Source: a virus
Taxonomy: Duplodnaviria; Caudoviricetes
IMG/VR virus record: IMGVR_UViG_3300028582_000237
Span: 2,641 to 66,640 of that record
Length of the DNA stretch: 64,000 nt
Reading direction: 5' to 3' (one strand)
The translations under genes and the position numbers were made by a program. Each line of letters opens with the position of its first letter. Position 1 is the first letter of the stretch. The notes under the pieces are model-generated. The model was not told the DNA's origin, ran no database searches, and saw only the letters and a program-made list of their open reading frames with translations. This document shows, piece after piece, positions 56,584-64,000 of this stretch.

Positions 56584-56919
56584 TTAAGCGTATTGAACAT
56601 TTAATAAGCTTATCTCTGACATAATAGCTGCTTCAAAAGCGCTTTTGGGGTAATTGTCTTCAAATTCAGATTCAAGTATCCTGTTCCTTCTTTTTAAAAA
56701 GTCTACTTCTTTTTCTGATACCAAAGGATCACCAAGTAATTTATTTATCTTTTGACGCTCATTATCAAGCGCGCGCAATTTTTTAAGTTTGTTTTCTGCA
56801 TTCTCTCTTATCCTGCAGCATTCATGGCATTCAGGTTCTGAATCAGCTTTTACTACCTGATATTCCGATTCATCACTGCTACAAAGTGGTTTGTTATTAC
56901 CGTTATTTAAGTGTGTCAT
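56584..56919 (-). CDS. Hypothetical protein with Cys cluster and coiled coil
   Basis: PLC...ECHECC; SD AGGAG. Confidence 0.55.
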   Translation of the reverse strand: MTHLNNGNNKPLCSSDESEYQVVKADSEPECHECCRIRENAENKLKKLRALDNERQKINKLLGDPLVSEKEVDFLKRRNRILESEFEDNYPKSAFEAAIMSEISLLNVQYA

Positions 56920-56923
56920 TGAT

Positions 56924-57280
56924 CTATGCTCCTATTTTTGACGATATTGTTTTTAACCTGCGAACATTAGACGCTTTATTAAGTATTTTAAGTGCATACT
57001 GTTGCATATCTGAAATGGGTTCATTATGTTCTGCTTTTTTCATTTTTGTTTTATCAAAAATTGCCATTACTTCCAGTTCGTTATAAATGCGCGTATCTGA
57101 ACCCGGCCTTATACTCGGAATTATGAAACCTCCTTCAACATATTTTTTATAAAATGTACTTGCATCCTTCAAACCCATTATATCAGCTGCTTCTGATTCC
57201 GAAACTGCAAGCCTTTTCCCTCCCTGCAGTAATGTGAGCTTTTTCTTTCTTTTATCTTCTTTCTCAGGCATAACTCTCAC
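56924..57280 (-). CDS. Excisionase/AlpA-like winged-HTH protein
   Basis: LAVSESEAADIMGL..STFYK......I.P......RIY...EV. Confidence 0.65.
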   Translation of the reverse strand: MRVMPEKEDKRKKKLTLLQGGKRLAVSESEAADIMGLKDASTFYKKYVEGGFIIPSIRPGSDTRIYNELEVMAIFDKTKMKKAEHNEPISDMQQYALKILNKASNVRRLKTISSKIGA

Positions 57281-57863
57281 TCATTTTATTAATCATTTCA
57301 ATGGTATTTCTACAACCAGTTTTGTTTAGTATATTTTTCCTATGATTTTCTACAGTGAAAGGACTTATATATAGCTTCTTAGCTATTTCTGTAGAACTAT
57401 AACCTGATTTTACCAAATTCATTACCTGCTTTTCTCTGGTAGTTAAATCATTTTTGCTTGCTGCTCTTAAAGACTTAACTACATACGCACGCGTATCAAC
57501 TTCTTTATCCTCTGCAAGGCTATCTATTATGTCAATCAGACTATCAATATTTTCTTTACTTTTCCATAGGTATGAGTCTACCCCGTCTATTAACATATCT
57601 ACCAGGTATTTTTCTTCATGGTTAGTCATGGCAACAATTGGTATTTCATTATTAGTTCTGCGTATATCCCAGATTATCTCTGACCCATCTGTTCCTGGCA
57701 TCCTTATATCGGTTAATATTAAGTCTGGATTATTATTAACATACTGCTCATATAGTTCATCCCCAGTGGCTGCTTCAGATACCTGATAGCCATGCTTCTG
57801 TAGTAATACCTTTATTCCCTGACGGAGTAAAGTTTCATCATCTGCTATTAGTATTTTTTTCAT
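57264..57863 (-). CDS. NarL/LuxR-family response regulator (REC plus LuxR HTH)
   Basis: ILIADD...RQG, DLILTDIRMPG.DG (phospho-acceptor Asp), AMT, YL.K; LT.RE..V..L...GYS..EIA.KL.IS..TV..HRKNI..K. Confidence 0.95.
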   Translation of the reverse strand: MKKILIADDETLLRQGIKVLLQKHGYQVSEAATGDELYEQYVNNNPDLILTDIRMPGTDGSEIIWDIRRTNNEIPIVAMTNHEEKYLVDMLIDGVDSYLWKSKENIDSLIDIIDSLAEDKEVDTRAYVVKSLRAASKNDLTTREKQVMNLVKSGYSSTEIAKKLYISPFTVENHRKNILNKTGCRNTIEMINKMSESYA

Positions 57864-58101
57864 TTAATAATTTCTTGATTTCTTGAATTTCGGTTTTAAG
57901 TGCTTCTACTTCTTTTTCTTTGTGCATCTCCAACATCATCTTAGAATCTCTCAACTCATTCCTAACATCATGCAGTGTATCAATTACATCTTTTTTTCTT
58001 TCACGTTCTTTATAGAAAAGAATAAGGGCTGCTATAAAAAGTAAAGTTAAAACTAATACTATCCCGCTTGCGCATATGTAAAACGCGTTATCATGCTCCA
58101 T
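57838..58101 (-). CDS. Single-TM coiled-coil protein (resembles the N-terminus of a histidine kinase without kinase domains)
   Basis: One 22-residue hydrophobic helix, then YKERERKK and heptads; overlaps both neighbours. Confidence 0.6.
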   Translation of the reverse strand: MEHDNAFYICASGIVLVLTLLFIAALILFYKERERKKDVIDTLHDVRNELRDSKMMLEMHKEKEVEALKTEIQEIKKLLNEKNTNSR

Positions 58102-58676
58102 GCTGTTACTCCCAGCAGTATATTGTTTGTTATATTACCTGCACTGAATATGATCATTGCTGCCCCAGCATGTTCTCTTATTATCAGGAATGATAATAAG
58201 GCAAGTATTGAATATTCCATTATTGCTGATACGAATGCTATTTTATAGAACCTGCAGTTCTTTTTAAAAACTGTCTTAAATAGAACTGCTATACATACAA
58301 TCAGAAGAACACTGGCCTCGCAAATAGTCAAAGCATCATCAAAAGTGTTAATATTCCCATAAATGAATTCAGCACTTATTACAGGGATAATAAACAGATA
58401 AACAATCTTTGACCTTTTGGGTAGCCAGTTATTCAGTATCATTAAAATCAGTCCAAGTTCAACTATTGTATAAATATGGTTTAACAAATAATTATCTACT
58501 AAATTCAGAGCCATTACCAATCCTGCTGCTTGTACTATACTACTTGTTATAATGAGTGTGGCAAATATTCGTTGATCATAACCTGTCCTTTGCCGCTGAG
58601 TCAAATATATTACCACACCCACCAGAGGTAAAACAATCGAAAAAACACTAATCCATATGTACCACGGTATATTCAC
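58059..58676 (-). CDS. Seven-TM integral membrane protein
   Basis: About seven hydrophobic segments; DNYLLNHIYTIVE motif; GTG start directly after the upstream stop. Confidence 0.75.
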   Translation of the reverse strand: MNIPWYIWISVFSIVLPLVGVVIYLTQRQRTGYDQRIFATLIITSSIVQAAGLVMALNLVDNYLLNHIYTIVELGLILMILNNWLPKRSKIVYLFIIPVISAEFIYGNINTFDDALTICEASVLLIVCIAVLFKTVFKKNCRFYKIAFVSAIMEYSILALLSFLIIREHAGAAMIIFSAGNITNNILLGVTAWSMITRFTYAQAG

Positions 58677-59087
58677 TTACTTGCCTGATACCTGGTAGCA
58701 ACAATAAATGCCTTTTTCCAGATATATTACCGGATGTAGATTTTCGTCATAAATAGTGATAACAACACATTCTTTTTTATCAAGATTGGCCCCCATTTCA
58801 AAGAGAACAAATCCTGCCCCGGCTGTTTTGGCCGCTGCTTCCACCTGATCCGCAGAAAATGCTTCCCCGCTTTCAAGGGGAATTAATGTATTTTCTTTTT
58901 TGTACATTTCCCTGTTTTTCAGAAGCTGCTCTTTCATCTCATAAGTTATTTCATGATTGACTGATTTCAGCTTTTCAATAATAACTTTGTCATATGTTTT
59001 TTCTGCCTTTGCCTTATCTGCTGCAGATGACGGCGGAATAAATAGGGACACGATAATTACTATCAGAAAATACCTTAGTAGTTTCAT
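58677..59087 (-). CDS. Secreted small protein (Sec signal peptide), candidate ligand/sensor
   Basis: MKLLRYFLIVIIVSLFIPPSSA-A signal peptide; C-terminal YCCY; SD GGA upstream. Confidence 0.7.
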   Translation of the reverse strand: MKLLRYFLIVIIVSLFIPPSSAADKAKAEKTYDKVIIEKLKSVNHEITYEMKEQLLKNREMYKKENTLIPLESGEAFSADQVEAAAKTAGAGFVLFEMGANLDKKECVVITIYDENLHPVIYLEKGIYCCYQVSGK

Positions 59088-59249
59088 AACTTTTCCTTTT
59101 TTTAATAGTGTTCGGCTTTTAACTGTTAATTATAAAAACCGGCAGCCTTTAACCGGCTTCTAAAACCCTGTATTATTTGCAATAAAAGATAAGCTGCTTT
59201 GATAAGATCACTGTATTGCTTTTTCATGTGCCCTTCACTTTTAAGAACT

Positions 59250-59471
59250 TTATTTATGACTTGGTTTTTCTTTACTCTTAGCTGCCAGACAGTGCCCTAT
59301 TATTTTCATGTATATTTCTTTCTCCTTCTCATCCTCAGCACACTCCAAACAAACATCCATAATCTCTTTCAAGGTCCCCCCGCAATTTTCATATGTTTCA
59401 ACAATATTTCTAAAAGCATTGATAATTGGCTCTTCAGTTTCTATTTGCTGCAATAATAAAGCTTCAGTCAT
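59250..59471 (-). CDS. Hypothetical small protein
   Basis: 73-aa ORF downstream of the cro-like gene, SD GGGGA. Confidence 0.5.
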   Translation of the reverse strand: MTEALLLQQIETEEPIINAFRNIVETYENCGGTLKEIMDVCLECAEDEKEKEIYMKIIGHCLAAKSKEKPSHK

Positions 59472-59574
59472 TTGGCGATCCCCGAATAGCTATAATCAGC
59501 TATATATTTTTATTAAAAGTAGTTATTTACCTGCACCTGAATTGATACTATTTTTGAAGTAGTTCTTAAACATT

Positions 59575-59745
59575 TTACTTGATTCTATTTTTGAAAGCTT
59601 CAATACCTAAAGGAATTATTTGAACCAACAAATCTTTAATTGAGGTATCAAGGTCAATAGCAAGTTTAGCAATTTCATTGTGATGGTCTTTACGGACCTC
59701 GGCTTTTTTGAATTCCTGTTCCTGGGGGTTTTCTTTTGTTTTCAT
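59575..59745 (-). CDS. Cro-position small regulator, ribbon-helix-helix-like
   Basis: From ATG 59745: MKTKENPQEQEFKKAEVRKDHHNEIAKLAIDLDTSIKDLLVQIIPLGIEAFK; divergent from the XRE repressor and downstream of a consensus promoter. Confidence 0.6.
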   Translation of the reverse strand: MKTKENPQEQEFKKAEVRKDHHNEIAKLAIDLDTSIKDLLVQIIPLGIEAFKNRIK

Positions 59746-59790
59746 TTTTGCTTTTTTTAATTTGTAACTAAGTAAAAAAGTAACATGGGA

Positions 59791-59819
59791 AATATACGCA
59801 ATCTGCGTATTCATGTCAA
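59791..59819 (-). promoter_or_regulatory. Early lytic promoter (PR-like) with embedded operator
   Basis: TTGACA-N17-TATATT on the minus strand; perfect inverted repeat ATACGCA-atc-TGCGTAT (59794-59810) overlapping the spacer and -10. Confidence 0.8.
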
Positions 59820-59832
59820 GCAAAATATTCAC

Positions 59833-59844
59833 ATTATGCGTAAT
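59833..59844. promoter_or_regulatory. Second operator-like site
   Basis: Near-palindrome ATTATGCGTAAT containing the TGCGTA half-site, 11 nt before the repressor ATG. Confidence 0.45.
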
Positions 59845-59855
59845 TTGTTTTATAT

Positions 59856-60227
59856 ATGTCATTAGGCAATAGAATTCAGTTTGTAAGAGAGAATATTCTC
59901 AAAATTTCCAGTCAAATAGAATTTGCTAAATTATTGAATGTTGCTGGTGCTTCTACTGTTAGTGGATGGGAGAACGATGAAAGAAGGCCTAGCTATGAGA
60001 TTTTAATTAGAATTTCTGTCCTGGGTAAGGTTACTATTGATTGGTTATTAAAGGGAGATCCAGAGCCGGCTATGGTCGGAGAACCGGCACCAGAATATAA
60101 GGTGAGAGAACTTGAAGAAAAAGTCAACAAACTAACTGAGGAGAATGATAAGCTCCGGTCTCAGCTTGGGGATATTGACATTTTACTGCAGGTTACTGAC
60201 CAAATAAAGAAAAAACTTAAAAGATAA
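59856..60227 (+). CDS. XRE-family (CI-like) repressor without a peptidase domain
   Basis: LGNRI...R......SQ.EFA..L.......VS.WE...R.P....L..I......DWLL.G; C-terminal V.EP..EY plus coiled coil; no SD visible (possibly leaderless). Confidence 0.9.
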   Translation: MSLGNRIQFVRENILKISSQIEFAKLLNVAGASTVSGWENDERRPSYEILIRISVLGKVTIDWLLKGDPEPAMVGEPAPEYKVRELEEKVNKLTEENDKLRSQLGDIDILLQVTDQIKKKLKR

Positions 60228-60305
60228 AACTCGGTATAATTACGGTTTTTCGTTTGAGTACTATTAAATATTCTTATTCCACAATGGATGACATTTGGGG
60301 GTTTT

Positions 60306-60713
60306 ATGAAATATATTATTTTAGCATTCCTTTCGTTGGTTATTTATGGATGCTCCACTACTCCGGATGAAAAAGATATTATAAAAGTTGCGCAGAATAT
60401 TATGGAAAAAGATGGATCTGATAATTATCTACGGATAGAATATATAAAAAAGACAAATGGGATTATGAAGGAATTATCCGGGCAACAGGTTTATAATCTT
60501 GAATTTGAAGCAAAGATTACAATCATTAAAAAATGCTATTATGGAATTTCCAATGATGAGTTTGAAGCTTATGCCCCCTCTTATCGACTTTTCAATGATA
60601 CCAAGCCAAAGAGCCCATTAACCGATAGTGGATATGTTAATTATTTCACATCATATTTCCAATTTACTAGAACAGATAATGGCTGGTTAGGCCCAGACGG
60701 GGAATGCTATTAA
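60306..60713 (+). CDS. Lipoprotein
   Basis: MKYIILAFLSLVIYG-C lipobox; start at ATG 60306. Confidence 0.8.
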   Translation: MKYIILAFLSLVIYGCSTTPDEKDIIKVAQNIMEKDGSDNYLRIEYIKKTNGIMKELSGQQVYNLEFEAKITIIKKCYYGISNDEFEAYAPSYRLFNDTKPKSPLTDSGYVNYFTSYFQFTRTDNGWLGPDGECY

Positions 60714-60721
60714 ATTAGTTT

Positions 60722-61777
60722 ATGGATAAAGAAAAGACATACGCAATTTCAATTCCATTTACAAAAGCTGGTTATGAATTTGTAAAAAAACATATTTGCG
60801 ATTCTCATGCGGATATTGATGACGAAATAAAACAAGAATTTATTAGATATGAAATGATTAGAGATTGTAAGCGGAAGAAACTTCAGGAGGAACTGATTTC
60901 TTTTGAAGCAACACAAATATTCTGTAGACCTGATTATATTGGATGCCTGGAAAAGTTAAAAGAACTAGGTTTTATTGAACCTATTTTTGAAAGAAATACA
61001 ACTTTATCTTCAAAAGAATTCTATAAAAGACTTAAAAAGTTTATGAAAAAAGAGTCTATTGTGTTCACTGATAAGTATGAAACAACAATATCCGGACTCA
61101 AAAAAATCGATTATTTTTTAAATATCAACAAAAACATTTTTTTAGATGAATCATTCTTTTGGCTTATTAAGGGTTATATAATTGGCAGGTTTATATTGAA
61201 ACCTCCGATTAAAAGTAATGAGACGTTTGTAAAGTCACAAATACAGAAAAAAAATACACTTAATTTAGATGAATTGATGATTAGTCTTGCGAAAGACTAT
61301 ACAGAAACAACGATGAAGTTTCTAGATGAAGAAGAATTACGTTTTATAAGAGAAGTTATCATATCCGAGTTGATAGTAAATAAATCAGCAGTATATAAAT
61401 TAAGGGATATTATTTTATTGAAGTTTCCGGATGATCAATATCTATTAAATATTGATTGGGATTCTGTAATTCGTAATGAATTATCATTTATTAGCAATAA
61501 GGCTTTTTTAGCGCAAAAACAATCTGGCGATTTTATTCACATATATAGTTTACCTGGGAGTTGTGATAATTGCAAATCATACTCCAATGAAATATTTAAC
61601 AAATCAAATGTTCCGACTCTACCGCATAAGGATTGCACTAATGAAATTTGTAGATGCCTATATTTGGATTTTAATCCGAACTATAACTTTTTGGAAAATG
61701 GCACCCAACATTTGAAATATGAGAATGAAAAAGAGTGGCAAAGATGGTATGAAGATAACCTGGAATATTTTTTGTGA
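60722..61777 (+). CDS. Paralog of the phage's MuF-like head protein, encoded in the lysogeny cassette
   Basis: Collinear shared blocks with 18945-20006: LKELGFIE, ES..WL...Y..GR, LN.DW..V...E, GD.....SLP..C..C, P.LP, CRC, NP.Y, WQ.WY.D. Confidence 0.85.
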   Translation: MDKEKTYAISIPFTKAGYEFVKKHICDSHADIDDEIKQEFIRYEMIRDCKRKKLQEELISFEATQIFCRPDYIGCLEKLKELGFIEPIFERNTTLSSKEFYKRLKKFMKKESIVFTDKYETTISGLKKIDYFLNINKNIFLDESFFWLIKGYIIGRFILKPPIKSNETFVKSQIQKKNTLNLDELMISLAKDYTETTMKFLDEEELRFIREVIISELIVNKSAVYKLRDIILLKFPDDQYLLNIDWDSVIRNELSFISNKAFLAQKQSGDFIHIYSLPGSCDNCKSYSNEIFNKSNVPTLPHKDCTNEICRCLYLDFNPNYNFLENGTQHLKYENEKEWQRWYEDNLEYFL

Positions 61778-61841
61778 TATTTCACTAAATAATTAACATA
61801 TATAAGGTTCATTCAATAATTATATACATACAGGAGCAAAA

Positions 61842-62819
61842 ATGAAAGCAAAGTGGTCGGGGGGCATACCATATGGCCTCAAGTTCGATCGTTCAATCAA
61901 CGGTCTTGTTATCAACAAATCTGAAGAAAAAACTTTAAAAATAATATTAAAGTTGGCAGAAACTCATACCATTATTGAAATTGTAGATAAATTAAGGAAT
62001 ATGAATATTCTAACAAGACGCGGAGGCATGTGGGCAGTTCGTAGTGTATCCTACATATTAAATCCAGAAAGAATCAAATTTTACCAGGGTATTGATAGTG
62101 AAGGTCATCCCGGGAACTGGCCGGTCCTGATAGAATCGAACACCGCTAATAAAATATTGGAGAAATTTGGCAAATTGGGAACTGGGAAAGGCAGAAGCAC
62201 TAAACCAAAATCTCTTCTTACAGGTTTAGATATTGCAAAATGTGCATATTGTAAAGGTGGGCTAAAAGTATCTTACTCGAAAGCTAAAGATCATATTAAT
62301 CTTTACTATAAGTGTGTTAAGAAGGAAATGTATGGGATAGGATACTGCCCGGATTCTAAATTATTCCGCATGGAAAAAGTAAATCAAGCTATTATTACTG
62401 ACCTTCTTGATCAATACCTAAATAAGAAAAACATTATAAAATATACTGAAGATTATGTGAAAAGGAATAGAGCATTATTAAAAGAGAAATTAAATCTTAT
62501 TAATGATAAAATTACCCAATCACTAACAAAGCAACTTTCAGCAAGTTTTAAAGATTTTCAAATTCTGGAAGAAAAAATTCTATCTCTTTTGGAGGAAAGG
62601 AAAGGTATTGCCGCAAACATTTATTTTGAATTTGATTTCACCAATCTTAAAAATATATCAAGAATGGAAATTGAAAAGCAGCGTGAAATACTTCCCCTCT
62701 TGATTAAAGAAATAATCATCCATAATGATTATTTAGATATTACATACAATTTTAGTATTGATAATGAAGGAAATAATACTGTACGTAAAAACTATATACT
62801 TGAGGAGATTGAAAGATAA
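61842..62819 (+). CDS. Large-serine-recombinase derivative lacking the catalytic resolvase domain (recombinase domain, zinc ribbon, coiled coil)
   Basis: Begins at W.GG.PYG; L...NI.TRRGG.W....V..IL; P.LI; LL.GL..C..C.G......YY.C......C; SD AGGAG; stop overlaps the integrase ATG. Confidence 0.85.
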   Translation: MKAKWSGGIPYGLKFDRSINGLVINKSEEKTLKIILKLAETHTIIEIVDKLRNMNILTRRGGMWAVRSVSYILNPERIKFYQGIDSEGHPGNWPVLIESNTANKILEKFGKLGTGKGRSTKPKSLLTGLDIAKCAYCKGGLKVSYSKAKDHINLYYKCVKKEMYGIGYCPDSKLFRMEKVNQAIITDLLDQYLNKKNIIKYTEDYVKRNRALLKEKLNLINDKITQSLTKQLSASFKDFQILEEKILSLLEERKGIAANIYFEFDFTNLKNISRMEIEKQREILPLLIKEIIIHNDYLDITYNFSIDNEGNNTVRKNYILEEIER

Positions 62820-64000
62820 TGTCCGAATTAAGATTCAATAAAAAGGGTACTCCTTTTGTATATATCCGCTACTATGATGAATTCGGCAAACGCCGGGAAG
62901 AACCTCTTGAAATTATGAAAGAAAATCGTAAAGCTGCTGAGGAATTTAAAATTATTTTTGATGCGGAACTCTTAAAGAAAAAAAAGAGTATGTCCAAAAG
63001 CCCCTTTACTACAAAAACATTAGCGGATGCTTTCGCTCATTACTTGAGAAATAATTCCAAGAAAGATAAATCAACTATAAATGAGTATAATAATTTTTTC
63101 AATTTGTTTAAGAAAACTTTTCCGGCAGATAGCGCTTGTACAACACTAAATAAATTAAATGTTGAGGCATGGTTAACATCCCTTCATGATCTGACATACA
63201 TAAAGAAAGTCCGGGATAAGAGTATTAAGAATAGGAAAAGTAGAGTATATATTGAAACAAAGGTGCCCTATTCACAGAATACTTTATTTAATTTTAATAA
63301 AAATCTTAAAAAATTCCTGGGATTCCTCTTTGAATACAACTATATCCCCTATTCATTTAAGATTAATAGGGACGTAACTACAAAAATGCAGGAACCTAAT
63401 ATTATAATTTTTGAAGATAAGGATATCCCTGAACTATTTAAAAACCTTAGCAATAAATCATCTTGTTTTAAGCTAATGTTTTATATGCTCTCATATTCAG
63501 GGTTGCGGCCAACTGATATAAAAGATATAAAAGCAGAGGATATCTTTCTAGACCGCGAAGTATTTAGATACTGGAGCGCAAAAGCAAATGAATTCAGATT
63601 CAGGCCCTTTCATCCTGTTATTATTCCAATTATTAAAGAACGATTGCAGGAAATCCAAACTGGGCCTATCCTTGAATATTCAAGCCTTGATGCAATGGGG
63701 CGTGCTTTCCGACGTTATCTCGAACAATTGGAGCTTGATAAAAAAGGCTATGACTTACGTACATTCAGGAAAACTTTTGAAACTCATGCTTATGATAATG
63801 ATATTCCAGAAGCTTCTGCAGCTGAGCTTATGGGCCATAGCATTGAAACAGCTGCCCGGCATTATAGGAAAATATCTACTACCAAATTAAAAGAACATAT
63901 AAATAAGTTCTCTTTACCAGGAATGTCTATAATTGAAAACAATGTGATAAAAAATAATAAAAAAGAAGAAGACGGGGGCAATTCGGGAGCAACCAAATGA
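62819..64000 (+). CDS. int: Tyrosine integrase
   Basis: N-terminal arm-binding-like region; SAM-like core; catalytic R (YSGLR), K, variant H-x-x-R box (RTFRKT), MGH...A.RHY. Confidence 0.92.
   Translation: MSELRFNKKGTPFVYIRYYDEFGKRREEPLEIMKENRKAAEEFKIIFDAELLKKKKSMSKSPFTTKTLADAFAHYLRNNSKKDKSTINEYNNFFNLFKKTFPADSACTTLNKLNVEAWLTSLHDLTYIKKVRDKSIKNRKSRVYIETKVPYSQNTLFNFNKNLKKFLGFLFEYNYIPYSFKINRDVTTKMQEPNIIIFEDKDIPELFKNLSNKSSCFKLMFYMLSYSGLRPTDIKDIKAEDIFLDREVFRYWSAKANEFRFRPFHPVIIPIIKERLQEIQTGPILEYSSLDAMGRAFRRYLEQLELDKKGYDLRTFRKTFETHAYDNDIPEASAAELMGHSIETAARHYRKISTTKLKEHINKFSLPGMSIIENNVIKNNKKEEDGGNSGATK

Larger units (their letters stand above)
1..64000. mobile_element. Temperate phage/prophage segment (head morphogenesis, packaging, replication/recombination, immunity and integration modules); both ends probably lie outside the window
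   Basis: Continuous phage gene content: capsid, protease, portal, terminase, divergent repressor/cro-like pair, tyrosine integrase at the right edge; no host housekeeping operons. No att site could be identified. Confidence 0.95.

Noticed and set aside
58059-58676. Microbial rhodopsin interpretation of the 7TM protein
   Set aside because: No retinal-binding lysine in the last helix (GNITNNILLGVTAW) and no rhodopsin motifs.
33-59562. Numerous plus-strand ORFs of 60-150 aa in the ORF track (e.g. 1528-1974, 4867-5301, 15554-15916, 19408-19809, 49063-49512, 50072-50476)
   Set aside because: They are antisense shadows of long, motif-bearing minus-strand genes, with no recognisable domains or SD sites; only SRAP (10903-11505) is supported on the plus strand before 59856.
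59746-59862. Longer 95-aa version of the cro-position ORF
   Set aside because: The extension spans the promoter/operator and overlaps the repressor start; ATG 59745 downstream of the promoter is more plausible.
1-64000. CRISPR array, tRNA or rRNA genes
   Set aside because: No regularly spaced repeats or cloverleaf/T-loop signatures were found by eye; tRNAscan-SE and MinCED would be needed to exclude them formally.
63940-64000. attachment site at the end of the integrase (GGGGGCAATTCGGGAGCAACC)
   Set aside because: GC-richer than its surroundings but has no second copy in the window; flanking host sequence is unavailable.

Overview
The whole window is part of one AT-rich temperate phage or prophage; no host housekeeping genes, rRNA, tRNA or CRISPR array were seen. 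Almost all genes from about 59.7 kb down to position 1 are on the minus strand. In transcription order they are: a small RHH-type regulator; a four-gene signalling-like cassette (secreted protein, 7TM protein, single-TM coiled-coil protein, NarL/LuxR response regulator); a recombination module (putative SSAP, SbcD, SF2 helicase, SbcC); many small early genes; a HerA-like ATPase; a DUF4373-type replication initiator; a DEDDh exonuclease; HNH-TerS-TerL; two DNA methyltransferases; a phage-encoded beta clamp; and a Twort/SPO1 (Herelleviridae)-like head module (portal, MuF-like protein, protease-scaffold, major capsid protein cut by the left edge). Interleaved with the head genes are two giant polyvalent proteins, two more methyltransferases, a PAPS-reductase-like gene, an SRAP gene and an AT-rich three-gene insert. 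The right end carries a plus-strand lysogeny cassette: XRE repressor, lipoprotein, a 351-aa protein, a large-serine-recombinase derivative without its catalytic domain, and a tyrosine integrase ending at base 64000. The clamp and exonuclease look FCB-group-like, while Shine-Dalgarno sites and TTGACA-N17-TATATT promoters point to an Ignavibacteria/Calditrichia-like host (inference). Best candidates for new biology: (1) the 351-aa lysogeny-cassette protein is a collinear paralog of the phage's own MuF head protein, possibly a decoy or superinfection inhibitor; (2) a kinase-less signalling cassette next to the genetic switch; (3) a toxin-antitoxin-chaperone-like triad; (4) a catalytically headless serine recombinase coupled to a tyrosine integrase; (5) shared motifs suggesting capsid targeting and a conserved late promoter. 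All family assignments come from motif recognition by eye; no database searches were run.
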